Shown: positions 8,456-18,027 of the stretch, in pieces | Position numbering within the stretch: position 1 is the stretch's first letter | Layout: every line of letters starts with the position of its first letter | From: a bacterium | Lineage (GTDB): Bacteria > Zhuqueibacterota > Zhuqueibacteria > Zhuqueibacterales > Zhuqueibacteraceae | Length of the DNA stretch: 33,663 bases | Assembly (NCBI GenBank): GCA_044869275.1 | Contig: JBIOXB010000161.1 | Span: 1 to 33,663, forward strand | Direction of reading: 5' to 3' | Program-made: the position numbers and the translations under genes | Notes under the pieces: generated by a model | What the model was told of the DNA's origin: nothing | What the model saw: the letters and a program-made list of their open reading frames with translations, nothing else | Database searches by the model: none

Positions 8456-9407
8456 GAAAAAGGAAGTTTTTTGCAGCATCGTCGTGCCGGTGATGAACGA
8501 AGAAGAAAATGTGCAATTGTTGCACGAAGCCATCACGCGCGTAATGAGGGCCTGGGGCAAGAGCTACGAGCTGATCATCGTGGATGACGGCAGCTCCGAT
8601 CGTACGTTCGATATTCTGCATGGGATTTCACTGAACGATCCCTGTTTGCGCGTGGTCAAATTCCGGCGCAATTTCGGACAATCCGCGGCGATGGCCGCCG
8701 GATTCGAGCAGAGCCGCGGCGAATATGTCGTTACGCTGGACGGCGATTTGCAGAACGATCCGGTCGATATTCCACGCGTGGTCGAGAAGATGCAGGAAGG
8801 CTATGACATCGTCAGCGGCTGGCGCAAGAATCGCAAAGACAAATTTCTCATTCGCAAAGTGCCGAGCAAGATCGCCAATCGCCTGATTCGGAAAACCACG
8901 CGCGTGCACCTGCACGACACCGGCTGTTCGTTGAAGGCCTATCGCAGCGAAGTCGTGCACAAAATCCGGCTGTATGGGGAGATGCATCGTTTTATTCCGG
9001 CGCTGGCGCGCGTCGAAGGCGCGCGCATCGGCGAGTTGGTCGTGAATCACCACGAGCGCAAGTTCGGTAAGTCGAAATACAACCTCACCCGCACCTTCAA
9101 AGTCATCATGGATTTGATGACGCTGAATGTGCTGCTGAAATATCTCACACGGCCGCTGCACTTTTTCGGCGGTTTGACCGTGTTGTTCAATGGGCTGGGT
9201 TGCGCAAGCTTGATGGCCTTGATGTGGGGTTGGAGTCAAAATCATTATGTTGAAGAAGAACTGAACGTGCTCATGTCTCTCACCTTCCTTTTGTTCGCCG
9301 CCGGCATCAATTTCTTGCTGTACGGATTGATCGCCAACAGCGTGGTGAGCACCGGCGAAAAACGCGACGAGCGACTTTACGAATTCAAAACCTATGGCAA
9401 CCACTGA
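8442..9407 (+). CDS. GT2 polyprenyl-phosphate glycosyltransferase (ArnC/GtrB/DPM1-like)
   Basis: VPVMNEEEN, VDDGSSD, RRNFGQSAA, LDGDLQNDP (DxD), HDTGCSLKAY and YGEMHRFIP motifs; two C-terminal TM helices. Confidence 0.93.
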   Translation: MAKAEKKEVFCSIVVPVMNEEENVQLLHEAITRVMRAWGKSYELIIVDDGSSDRTFDILHGISLNDPCLRVVKFRRNFGQSAAMAAGFEQSRGEYVVTLDGDLQNDPVDIPRVVEKMQEGYDIVSGWRKNRKDKFLIRKVPSKIANRLIRKTTRVHLHDTGCSLKAYRSEVVHKIRLYGEMHRFIPALARVEGARIGELVVNHHERKFGKSKYNLTRTFKVIMDLMTLNVLLKYLTRPLHFFGGLTVLFNGLGCASLMALMWGWSQNHYVEEELNVLMSLTFLLFAAGINFLLYGLIANSVVSTGEKRDERLYEFKTYGNH

Positions 9408-10413
9408 TTTGCAGAACCCGCGCGGCACGGAGGTGCTGGTACCGGCGGAGGAACACGAAAGCAACGGCCGCGCGCCTGCGCTGCCGCAGGTCTCGGTCAT
9501 TGTGCCGGCGTTCAACCTCGCGACCGAGGCGGCGCTGGTTTACACCGACTTGTGCACGGGTTTGGAAAACTATGGCCAGGCTTTCGAAATCATTTTCATC
9601 GATGACGCCAGCACCGACGCCACGTGGAGACGGCTCAATGACATCGCTCAAAAAGATCATCGCGTGAAATTGATTCGCATGCGCGCCTCTTTCGGCGAAA
9701 CCGCTGCATTGCAGGCCGGCATGCAACATGCGCGCGGCGAGCGCATCATTTTTGCCACGGCGCGAGTGCGCGTGAACATGCGGGCGTTGCCCAGGCTCCT
9801 GCAAAAGATGGACGAAGGCCACGATTTGGTTGTGGGCTGGCGCACGCCGCGGCAGGATTCCGGTTTGAATCGTCTCGTTTCACACGTCTTCAATTGGATG
9901 GTCGAGCGCTTCAGCCACTTGCATCTGCACGATCTCAACTCTAGCGTCATTGCCACCCATCGTGAAGTGCTGGAAAACATCGTGTTCTATGGCAATCTCA
10001 ATATTTTTATCCCCATTCTCGCGGCGCGGAAAGGCTATCGCGTCACGGAAGAAAAGATCGAGCAACAGACAGGCTCATTTCGCAAATCCAAGTACGTGAG
10101 CGAATACATTCAAAGATTGCTTGACATCATCACCGTCATTTATCTGACGCGCTATTCCAAAAAACCACTGCACTTTCTCGGCTTCTTTGGCATGATTTTC
10201 ACCGTCGCCGGCGTTGCCATGAATTTGTATTTGTTCGTCTATCGCATTCTCGGTTTGGGCGGCATCGCGGGACGGCCGCTCTTGCTGCTCGGCGCACTGC
10301 TGCTGGTGATTGGCCTGCAGATGATCTCCATCGGTCTGATTGGCGAGATGATCATCTACACGCATGCCCGTGATCAAAAGGAATATAACATTGAAACGGT
10401 GGTGGGCGCGTGA
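9394..10413 (+). CDS. GT2 ArnC/GtrB-like paralogue with degenerate active site (probable pseudo-enzyme)
   Basis: Colinear with the upstream GT2 (IDDASTD, VVGWR, KSKY, KPLHF), but the DxD region reads FATARVRVN. Full-length intact ORF. Confidence 0.85.
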   Translation: MATTDLQNPRGTEVLVPAEEHESNGRAPALPQVSVIVPAFNLATEAALVYTDLCTGLENYGQAFEIIFIDDASTDATWRRLNDIAQKDHRVKLIRMRASFGETAALQAGMQHARGERIIFATARVRVNMRALPRLLQKMDEGHDLVVGWRTPRQDSGLNRLVSHVFNWMVERFSHLHLHDLNSSVIATHREVLENIVFYGNLNIFIPILAARKGYRVTEEKIEQQTGSFRKSKYVSEYIQRLLDIITVIYLTRYSKKPLHFLGFFGMIFTVAGVAMNLYLFVYRILGLGGIAGRPLLLLGALLLVIGLQMISIGLIGEMIIYTHARDQKEYNIETVVGA

Positions 10414-11402
10414 AGCTGATCATTCAAATTCCCTGCTTGAACGAGGAGCGGACCTTGCCGCAAACGCTGCGCGATTTGCCCAGGCACCTCGATGGCGTTG
10501 ATGAAATCGAAGTGCTGGTGATCGACGACGGCAGCACCGACCGTACGGCCGAAGTGGCGCGAGCACACGGCGTGCATCACATTGTGCGCTTTACCAATAA
10601 CAAAGGTCTGGCCGAGGCATTCATGGCCGGTCTGGACGCGAGCTTGAAGCTCGGCGCGGACCTGGTCGTGAACACCGACGCGGACAATCAGTATCGCGGC
10701 AGCGACATTGTAAAACTGATTCGTCCGATTCTCGAGCGCAAGGCGGATATGGTGATTGGCGACCGGCAAGTCGAGACCATTTCGCATTTTTCTCCGTTGA
10801 AAAAGAGCCTGCAGAAAGTCGGCAGTTGGGTGGTGCGCCACGTTTCAGAAACCAATGTGCCCGATGCCACCAGCGGGTTTCGCGCTTACAGCCGCGAAGC
10901 GGCGCTGCGCATGAATGTGATCTCGCGTTTCACCTATACGCTCGAGACCATCATCCAAGCCGGGAAGAAAAATATCGCACTCAGCCACGTGCAGATTCAA
11001 ACCAATGTCAAGCTGCGTGAATCACGGTTGTTCAGCAGTATTCCGGCGTATCTCAAGCGCAGCATCGATACCATCTTTCGCATCTACGCGATGTACGAGC
11101 CGATGAAGATGTTTGCCTGGTCCGGCACCATCATCTTCACGCCCGGCGCTCTGCTCGCGGTGCGTTTTCTCTATTATTATTTTACCGGCAACGGCACCGG
11201 CCACATTCAGTCGTTGATCCTCGCTTCCGTGCTCATGATCGTCGGTTTTCAAATCGCGATGATCGGTTTGGTCGCGGATCTCATCGGCGGCAACCGGAGG
11301 CTGCTCGAAGATACGCTGTATCGCATCAAAAAACTCGAGCTGCAATCGATGCAGCAGGAATCCAACGGGTTCATCGCGCCGGAGCCGGTTGAAGAGAAAT
11401 GA
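10410..11402 (+). CDS. GT2 polyprenyl-phosphate glycosyltransferase (DPM1-like)
   Basis: IPCLNEE, IDDGSTD, NTDADNQY and PDATSGFRAY motifs; two C-terminal TM helices; GTGA overlap. Confidence 0.93.
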   Translation: MKLIIQIPCLNEERTLPQTLRDLPRHLDGVDEIEVLVIDDGSTDRTAEVARAHGVHHIVRFTNNKGLAEAFMAGLDASLKLGADLVVNTDADNQYRGSDIVKLIRPILERKADMVIGDRQVETISHFSPLKKSLQKVGSWVVRHVSETNVPDATSGFRAYSREAALRMNVISRFTYTLETIIQAGKKNIALSHVQIQTNVKLRESRLFSSIPAYLKRSIDTIFRIYAMYEPMKMFAWSGTIIFTPGALLAVRFLYYYFTGNGTGHIQSLILASVLMIVGFQIAMIGLVADLIGGNRRLLEDTLYRIKKLELQSMQQESNGFIAPEPVEEK

Positions 11403-12526
11403 AAATTGCTTTGATCGGCCCGTCGTATCCGTTCAAGGGCGGCATCGCGCATTACACCACGCTGTTGTATCGCCAGTTGAAAGCGAGCCACGAAGTCACA
11501 TTCTTTACGTTCAAGCGCCAGTATCCGGCGTTCCTGTATCCCGGCAAAGGCGACAAAGACGTGAGCGCTTCAGCCCTGCGCGAAGACAGCGCGGAACAAT
11601 TTTTGGATTCACTCAATCCCTTGACGTGGATGCAAGCGTGGCGGCGCTTGCGACGCTTGCAGCCCGACCTGGTGATTCTGCCGTGGTGGGTTTATTTCTG
11701 GACACCCCATTTTTATTACCTCGCCCAGCGCATCAAACGCAAGCTCAACAGCCGGCTGCTGTTCGTTTGCCACAATGTCGTCGCGCATGAATCCAGCCGC
11801 GTCGCGCAATTTTGTACCTCCCTCGTTTTGCGGAGTGGCGATTCGTTTCTGGTGCATTCCAAGGAAGACGAAACGAATCTAAAAAGGATTTTGCCGGCCG
11901 CGCGTGTTGTTCGCGCGTTTCACCCCAGCTACGACATTTTTCATCAAAATGGCTTTACCAAGGAATCCGCGCGCCAGCAGCTGAATCTGAAAGGAAAGAC
12001 TATTTTGTTCTTTGGCTTCGTGCGCCCTTATAAGGGCCTGAAGTATTTGCTCGAAGCCCTGCCGCTTATTTTGCAGGAAGAGCAGGTGAACCTGCTCATC
12101 GCCGGCGAATTTTGGGAGGGCAAGGAAGCGTGTTGGCAGCAAATCCACGCGCTCGGCATTGAGAAAAACGTGACCGTCATCGATCGCTATGTGCCGAACG
12201 AGGAGATGGAGGTGTTCTTTGCCGCTGCGGATTTGTTGGTGATGCCCTACGTTTCCGCCACCGGCAGCGGTTTGGTGCAATTGGCGTTCGGTATGGGCAC
12301 CCCGGTGCTGGTCACGAACGTCGGCGCGTTGCCGGAAGTGGTGCGCGATGAACAGACCGGCTATGTCGTGCCGCCACAGGATCCGACCGCCATTGCCGCG
12401 CGCGTGATTCAATACTATCGTATGAACCTCGAAGAAACGTTTCGCGAAAACGTGATGAAAGATCGCTATCGCTTTTCGTGGGGGCAGCTGGTGGAGGCGA
12501 TTGAGAAGCTGTATCAGATGAAATGA
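11399..12526 (+). CDS. GT4 family glycosyltransferase
   Basis: GPSYPFKGGIAHY, FFGFVRPYKG, PYVSATGSG and TNVGALPE motifs; ATGA overlap. Confidence 0.92.
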   Translation: MKIALIGPSYPFKGGIAHYTTLLYRQLKASHEVTFFTFKRQYPAFLYPGKGDKDVSASALREDSAEQFLDSLNPLTWMQAWRRLRRLQPDLVILPWWVYFWTPHFYYLAQRIKRKLNSRLLFVCHNVVAHESSRVAQFCTSLVLRSGDSFLVHSKEDETNLKRILPAARVVRAFHPSYDIFHQNGFTKESARQQLNLKGKTILFFGFVRPYKGLKYLLEALPLILQEEQVNLLIAGEFWEGKEACWQQIHALGIEKNVTVIDRYVPNEEMEVFFAAADLLVMPYVSATGSGLVQLAFGMGTPVLVTNVGALPEVVRDEQTGYVVPPQDPTAIAARVIQYYRMNLEETFRENVMKDRYRFSWGQLVEAIEKLYQMK

Positions 12527-12529
12527 AGG

Positions 12530-14290
12530 ATGAGGCGAATTAAGGCAAAGCAGCCATTCGAGAAATTTGAAACCTTGAGCAGCCCTCTCGCAAAAAATCG
12601 AAATCGCGTAGCTCTCGTTGCGCTGATTTTTATCGTGGCTGCGGCGACCTATCTCCGCCTGGCCCAACTCGGTACACCCAGTTTTTGGGTGGATGAGCTG
12701 AATTTTGTTTATGCGGGCCAGTCGCTGAATGCCAATGAAGAGCCGCGTTTTCCTTCAGGCAATTTAAATCAGCGCGCTATGGTATACGCCCACACGGTCG
12801 CGTGGTCCATGAGCGCCTTTGGCGTGAACGAGTTTGCCGCGCGCTTCCCCAGCGCGGTCTTTGGCATGCTATCAGTCGCGGCGACTTATTTCATTGCCAG
12901 AAATCTGTTTGGGCGCTTGGCGGGATTGTTGTCGGCATTTTTGCTGGCGTTCTCGCATCTCGCGATTGGCTGGTCGCGACTCTCGCGCATGTACACGTTG
13001 TTTCAACTTTTGTTCATTATTGGTGCGTTTGCTTTTTATAAAGGATTTGAAGCCAAATCGGCCGTAGGCAACAATGACGAGGGCAATTTCTGGCAAAGAC
13101 TAAGAAACCATCTCGCGCAACAGGGTATTCGCTGGCCATGGTTGCTCGCGTGCGGCGCCGTGATGTTGGTTTCGATGCAAGTGCATGAGCTTACCGGCGT
13201 CTTCGCGGCAAGCGTGCTGGCTTATGTCGCGGGAATGTTTGTGCTGCAATGTTTCGCGCATGGTGCACGCGCGGCCATCACGTCAAAATATGGACTGGCG
13301 TTGCTGGCGGCTGGTTTGCTGGCGATGGTTGGCTTTGGTTTTTTTGATCTCTGGAGCTTTATCCAACGCGCGTTGAATTTTCACCCGTCGTGGGCGCGCT
13401 ATGCTTATGTGCAAGACTCGCATTACTATTATTATTTTTTGACCGAGAGCAGTCAATTTCCGCTGGCGGCGTTCTTTTTGATCGGCTGCATACACATGAT
13501 CACACGCACCAAGCGAGGCGCCTTTTTTACGGCGTGCAATTTTATTGTTCCGGTGTTGCTGCACTCCTTTGTGTTTTCGTACAAAGTTCCGAATTATATC
13601 TTTCACGTATATCCCTTCTTCGTCATGTTGGCGGCTTATGCCCTGAGCAATATTTACCATGAAGAATCCGAGAGCATGGCAGCTTTTCGCCAAAAAACAA
13701 CCGGCGCGTGGTACAAACGGGGCAGGACAATCATCTTGATTGCCGTGGTATTCGGCTGGCTGCCGGCGACACTGTGGTTTCGTTATGCATTGAAACTGCC
13801 ATTTACGGGCTCGGCCGGATTTGATGGCGCCGTGCAACACGAAGATTGGCGCGGCGCTGCGGCTTATGTCAAAGCTGATACGACGCGCGATCAAGCTCTC
13901 GCTTCAACCATTCCGCTGACTTTACTTTATTACACCGGCAAACCAGCTTATTGTTTGAACCTCGCGCATACGGATTCCTCATTGGATTGGCAAGCAGAGA
14001 TGAAGGTTAGACACAAGCGCGATTTTTACTCCGGCGGGGAAGCAATTTCGAATCTTGCAGAATTGCAGCAAGTGCTCACACGCCACCCCGCGGCGTTATT
14101 TGTGATGGACACCTATCGCCTCGAGCGCGAGCAGTACGTGCCGAAGGAGGTCTCGGAGTTCATCAAAACAAAACTGCCGCAAGTATGGGCGGATGGGCAG
14201 AAAACGATTCAGATTTTTGCCTGGCGACGGCCTGCTGCAGGGATTGATCCTATGAAGAATCATCATGGCCAGCGGCTCTCATGCGATTGA
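12530..14290 (+). CDS. GT-C fold membrane glycosyltransferase (ArnT/PMT_2, GT39/83-like)
   Basis: SFWVDE after the first TM helix, FGVNEFAARFPS and SRLSRMY; many TM segments; C-terminal soluble domain (EDWRGAA). Confidence 0.88.
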   Translation: MRRIKAKQPFEKFETLSSPLAKNRNRVALVALIFIVAAATYLRLAQLGTPSFWVDELNFVYAGQSLNANEEPRFPSGNLNQRAMVYAHTVAWSMSAFGVNEFAARFPSAVFGMLSVAATYFIARNLFGRLAGLLSAFLLAFSHLAIGWSRLSRMYTLFQLLFIIGAFAFYKGFEAKSAVGNNDEGNFWQRLRNHLAQQGIRWPWLLACGAVMLVSMQVHELTGVFAASVLAYVAGMFVLQCFAHGARAAITSKYGLALLAAGLLAMVGFGFFDLWSFIQRALNFHPSWARYAYVQDSHYYYYFLTESSQFPLAAFFLIGCIHMITRTKRGAFFTACNFIVPVLLHSFVFSYKVPNYIFHVYPFFVMLAAYALSNIYHEESESMAAFRQKTTGAWYKRGRTIILIAVVFGWLPATLWFRYALKLPFTGSAGFDGAVQHEDWRGAAAYVKADTTRDQALASTIPLTLLYYTGKPAYCLNLAHTDSSLDWQAEMKVRHKRDFYSGGEAISNLAELQQVLTRHPAALFVMDTYRLEREQYVPKEVSEFIKTKLPQVWADGQKTIQIFAWRRPAAGIDPMKNHHGQRLSCD

Positions 14291-14301
14291 CCATCAGCTT
14301 C

Positions 14302-14372
14302 TGCCATTCTGAAAGAATCTTCATGGAATTCAGCGCAGTGCTTATGCCACACAGGATTCCCTCGGAATGACA
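14302..14372. repeat. REP/MITE-like hairpin element with TGTCATTC...GAATGACA-type ends
   Basis: TGCCATTCTGAAAGAATCTT (14302-14321) vs AGGATTCCCTCGGAATGACA (14353-14372): 15/20 complementary. Related copies at 16551, 19948 and 31803. Confidence 0.75.
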
Positions 14373-14385
14373 CTGCAAAAAAACT

Positions 14386-16563
14386 ATGAAAATCATCTCC
14401 CGCAATTCTCAAAAAGTCTTTATCACCGGTGGCGCCGGTTTTCTCGGACGTGCCATCGTACAGCGACTGCTGGACGAAGGTTATGAAGTCGTAGCTTTGG
14501 CGCGGCGTGCACAATTGCCGGCGCATTTGAAACTGCCGGGCGTTCATGCGGTTTCCGGCGACGTGCGTGATGAGGCCAGCCTCGCCGCAGCCTTGACCGG
14601 TGTGGACTACGTCATTCACGCCGCTGCAACCTTCGGCGGCACTTGGGAAGATTTTTATGCCGTAAATGTGCAATCCACGCAGCGCCTGCTGCAATTGTCG
14701 GTGCAGCACCGGATCAAACGATTCGTTCAAATCAGCTCGGCAAGCGTCTATGCCCATCATGGCATGAGCAGAACGCCCGTGTTCACGGAGAACATGCCCT
14801 TCGAGCAGGACGAGCACGCCTCGTTTTACGCGAAGTCCAAAATTGCCGCGGAAAAAATCGTTTGGGAATACCTGCAAGCGCAAAAGCTGCCCTGCGTCAT
14901 CTTTCGCCCGGGCGCGGTTTACGGGCCTCATGGCCACATTTTTCCGGCCACGCTCGGCTTGGGCATGGGCGAAGAAAAAATCATTCTCATGGGCAACTCG
15001 CGCTCGACCCTGCCATTGAGCTATGTCGAAAATGTCGCAGACGCGGTTGTGCGTTCTCTGCAGCTGCACGGCGCTGCAGGCGAATGTTTCAATCTGACTG
15101 AAGACGAGACGTTGTCCCGGCAAGGATACCTGGAGCTCCTGCAGCGCGAGGCCAATCCCAGCATCGGGGTCATCTCTGTGCCGTTGTGGCTGATGCGCTT
15201 GATGAAATTCACGCTCAAGCAAGCTTTCGGTTTGATCGGCAGGAAAGCGCCGCTCTGCGCTTTGCATCTCGAGCTCTATTGTTCCTCGATCAAATACTCC
15301 AACGAAAAATTCAAACGTGTGTTTGGCGCGTCGCCGTTCGTGAATTTTCAAGAAAGTCTTGCGCGCACGGCCAAATGGCAAAAAGAAAAACGGACACCGA
15401 GACGGTCGCATGGTCTTGAGAATGAAAGAGTCGTGATTCCTTCTCCAAAGAAATTGCGCATTGGCATCATTGGCTGCGGCAATATTTCGGCTGTGCATCT
15501 ATCTATTGTCAAAGAAATGGCGAACGTCGCTGAAATCTCAATTGCCGATCCCAAAGATGATGCGCGCAATAGTATGGCCTTGCGCTTCGGCATTGCCAAA
15601 CAGTTTGCCGACTATCGCGAGTTGATTGAAAAAGAAAAACCCGAGGCCGTGCATATTCTGACGCCGCCGCAATTCCACGCGCCCATTGCAAAATTCGCCG
15701 CGCAGAGCGGCTGCCACGTGCTGGTGGAAAAGCCGATGGCGGTCGATGCCGGGGAAGCGCAAGAAATCTCGCGCGCGGCAAAGGCGCATCAAATCAAACT
15801 GTGCATCGTGCACAATCACCTGTATGATCAGGTGATGCTACGAGCGCGGGAGATCGTAGCGCGCGGTTTGTTGGGGCGCATCACTTTTGTCGAGAGCTGG
15901 TACGGTACGCAGTTCAGCGGTGGTTTGCCTTTTGATCCGAAAAACTACTGGGGTATGAGCCTGCCCGGCTCGATTTATCAGGACTACATGCCGCACGCGC
16001 TGTATGTTCTGACCGATTTCATGCCGAAGTCCCTTGTGAAAGAAGTGGTCACGAGTTGCTCCGGAAGCATTCCCGGCGTCGATCATGATGAGCTGAAAGT
16101 CATTTTGCAAAACCAGCAGACCGTCGGCATGATTCACGTGTCCTTGTCGGTTTCTCCCCGCTATCAATTCGTGCATGTCTTCGGCACGAATGGTTCGATG
16201 AAACTCGATTTCCTCAACAAAGTGGTGCTGCTGGATAAAGAAATAAACGCCATGCCGCGCATGCTGAATCGCAGCTTGCTGGCCATGAAACACGGCAAAA
16301 TGCTCCGCCAAGCGGGGCGGCGCAACAGCCTCAAAATGTTTCAAAGCCAGAAGTTTTTATTCGAAGGCACGGAGCGGCTCATTGGCTTGTTCTACCGCAG
16401 CATTTTGTTAAACGAAGCAGAGCCGGTACCGGCGAGTGAGGGGCTGGAAGCGATGCAGCTCATGGATCAAATTTGGGCAAAAATGAAAACGCCCGAAGAG
16501 GCGCAGGTTGAGCGAAAAAGTGCGCCGCGGGCATACCACTCACCTATGGCTGTCATTCCGTAG
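14386..16563 (+). CDS. fusion of extended-SDR NAD-dependent epimerase/dehydratase and Gfo/Idh/MocA oxidoreductase
   Basis: N-half: TGGAGFLG, ISSASVY, YAKSK, RPGAVYGP. C-half: IGIIGCGNIS, TPPQFH, LVEKP, DYMPH. Continuous 725-aa frame. Confidence 0.92.
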   Translation: MKIISRNSQKVFITGGAGFLGRAIVQRLLDEGYEVVALARRAQLPAHLKLPGVHAVSGDVRDEASLAAALTGVDYVIHAAATFGGTWEDFYAVNVQSTQRLLQLSVQHRIKRFVQISSASVYAHHGMSRTPVFTENMPFEQDEHASFYAKSKIAAEKIVWEYLQAQKLPCVIFRPGAVYGPHGHIFPATLGLGMGEEKIILMGNSRSTLPLSYVENVADAVVRSLQLHGAAGECFNLTEDETLSRQGYLELLQREANPSIGVISVPLWLMRLMKFTLKQAFGLIGRKAPLCALHLELYCSSIKYSNEKFKRVFGASPFVNFQESLARTAKWQKEKRTPRRSHGLENERVVIPSPKKLRIGIIGCGNISAVHLSIVKEMANVAEISIADPKDDARNSMALRFGIAKQFADYRELIEKEKPEAVHILTPPQFHAPIAKFAAQSGCHVLVEKPMAVDAGEAQEISRAAKAHQIKLCIVHNHLYDQVMLRAREIVARGLLGRITFVESWYGTQFSGGLPFDPKNYWGMSLPGSIYQDYMPHALYVLTDFMPKSLVKEVVTSCSGSIPGVDHDELKVILQNQQTVGMIHVSLSVSPRYQFVHVFGTNGSMKLDFLNKVVLLDKEINAMPRMLNRSLLAMKHGKMLRQAGRRNSLKMFQSQKFLFEGTERLIGLFYRSILLNEAEPVPASEGLEAMQLMDQIWAKMKTPEEAQVERKSAPRAYHSPMAVIP

Positions 16564-16568
16564 GAATT
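16551..16568. repeat. solo half of the TGTCATTC-type repeat, overlapping the stop codon of the fusion gene
   Basis: TGTCATTCCGTAGGAATT closely matches the reverse complement of 14353-14372 (TGTCATTCCGAGGGAATCCT). Confidence 0.55.
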
Positions 16569-16599
16569 ACGAACCAACTCATCATTGCTCTCATAAAAA

Positions 16600-18015
16600 G
16601 TGAAACTTGGTCGCGCCACATTCTTGATGATGTTTAGCCAGGTTGTCTTCCTGGCTTCTGGATTGGCCGTGAACTTCGGACTGGCGCGTTTGTTGGGCGT
16701 GGTCGATTACGGCAACTTCGGCTTGGTGATGTCGGTGCTGGTCGTGGTGGAGTTGTTTGTCATCACCGGTTTTCCAGAGGTGATTCAAAAATTCGGCGGC
16801 GAGCGGCCCGAAACCTTACGCCTGCTCGTGCGGCAATCTTTGCGCTGGCAAATTCTCTATGCCCTCGGCGTATGGGCATTGTTCTGGCTGGCGGCTCCGC
16901 TCCTCGCCCAATTCTTCCATGACCAGGCCTTGGTTTCTTTGTTGCGCCTCGCCAGCGTCGATATCATCATTTATGGCCTGTACAAATATTTCCTCGGTGT
17001 GCAGAATGGCCTGCATCGTTTTCAGCAGTATACGCTGTTGGGTATTACATATTCGCTGGCGCGTTTGTTCGCGATTCTCGGGCTGGTGCTGCTCGATTTT
17101 TCGGTGCAAGGCGCATTGCTCGGGAATATCCTGGCCTCCGCTGCAGCTCTGGTGCTGGCCCTGATTTTTTATCGCGTGCCCAAACCGGAAAGCGCGTCTC
17201 CACCGGCGGCTTACGGCGCTTGGGTCGTGCAGAACGTGATCTATTTCGTGGGCCTGAACGCTTTTTTTTCGATTGATCTGTGGTTCGTCAAGCTTCTGCT
17301 CTCGAAAAGTGAAGTCGGGCTTTACGTCTCGGCTGCGGTCCTGGCCAAGCTGTCTTATTTCCTGTCGATCGCACTGTCCGCTGTATTGTTGCCTTCGCTC
17401 TCACGCGCCCTGGCCCATCAGGAATCCCAGCGCGTGCGCGAGTTGACGCAAGATACGCTGCGCTACCTCCTCATCTTTCTCACCTTGTTGAACGTGCTGA
17501 TCTTTTTATATGCGCGCGAAATCATCACGTTGTTTTTCGGCGAGGAATTCATCCTGGCCGCGGCCATTTTGCGCTGGCTGGCGCTCGGGCATTCCTTTGT
17601 GACCATCATGGCTGTGATCAACACCATTATGATCGCACACAATAAGATGCGCCAGTGTTTTCTCCTGGTGAGCGCGCTGGCTGCACTGGATATCGCCTTG
17701 AACCTCTATCTGGTACCGCGCCTGCACATGCAAGGCGCGGCGCTCGCGACTTTGATAGTGGGCTTGGCTGGAACAATTGTTTCAGGATTGTACATTTTCA
17801 GTGACATCAGGCCATTGCTTTTCTCACTTTCGATTCCTCGCACACTTGCAATTTCCGCGTGCGTCGCTATAATCGCTAAATTTATAGCGGGATTGCCGGT
17901 GGATTTTATCGTCAAGGCGATGCTGGCGGCAGGGGCATACTTTATGCTCCTTTGGGTGAGCAAAGAGATTAACGTGGTGGACTTGCGTCGACTGCGCGAG
18001 TCTATCGGAATTTGA
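16600..18015 (+). CDS. Wzx-like oligosaccharide flippase (MOP/PST family)
   Basis: About 14 hydrophobic segments; LARLLG..DYG and IDLWFVK...EVGLY motifs; N.YLVP...MQGAALAT; GTG start. Confidence 0.9.
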   Translation: MKLGRATFLMMFSQVVFLASGLAVNFGLARLLGVVDYGNFGLVMSVLVVVELFVITGFPEVIQKFGGERPETLRLLVRQSLRWQILYALGVWALFWLAAPLLAQFFHDQALVSLLRLASVDIIIYGLYKYFLGVQNGLHRFQQYTLLGITYSLARLFAILGLVLLDFSVQGALLGNILASAAALVLALIFYRVPKPESASPPAAYGAWVVQNVIYFVGLNAFFSIDLWFVKLLLSKSEVGLYVSAAVLAKLSYFLSIALSAVLLPSLSRALAHQESQRVRELTQDTLRYLLIFLTLLNVLIFLYAREIITLFFGEEFILAAAILRWLALGHSFVTIMAVINTIMIAHNKMRQCFLLVSALAALDIALNLYLVPRLHMQGAALATLIVGLAGTIVSGLYIFSDIRPLLFSLSIPRTLAISACVAIIAKFIAGLPVDFIVKAMLAAGAYFMLLWVSKEINVVDLRRLRESIGI

Positions 18016-18027
18016 ATCGATTGGAAT

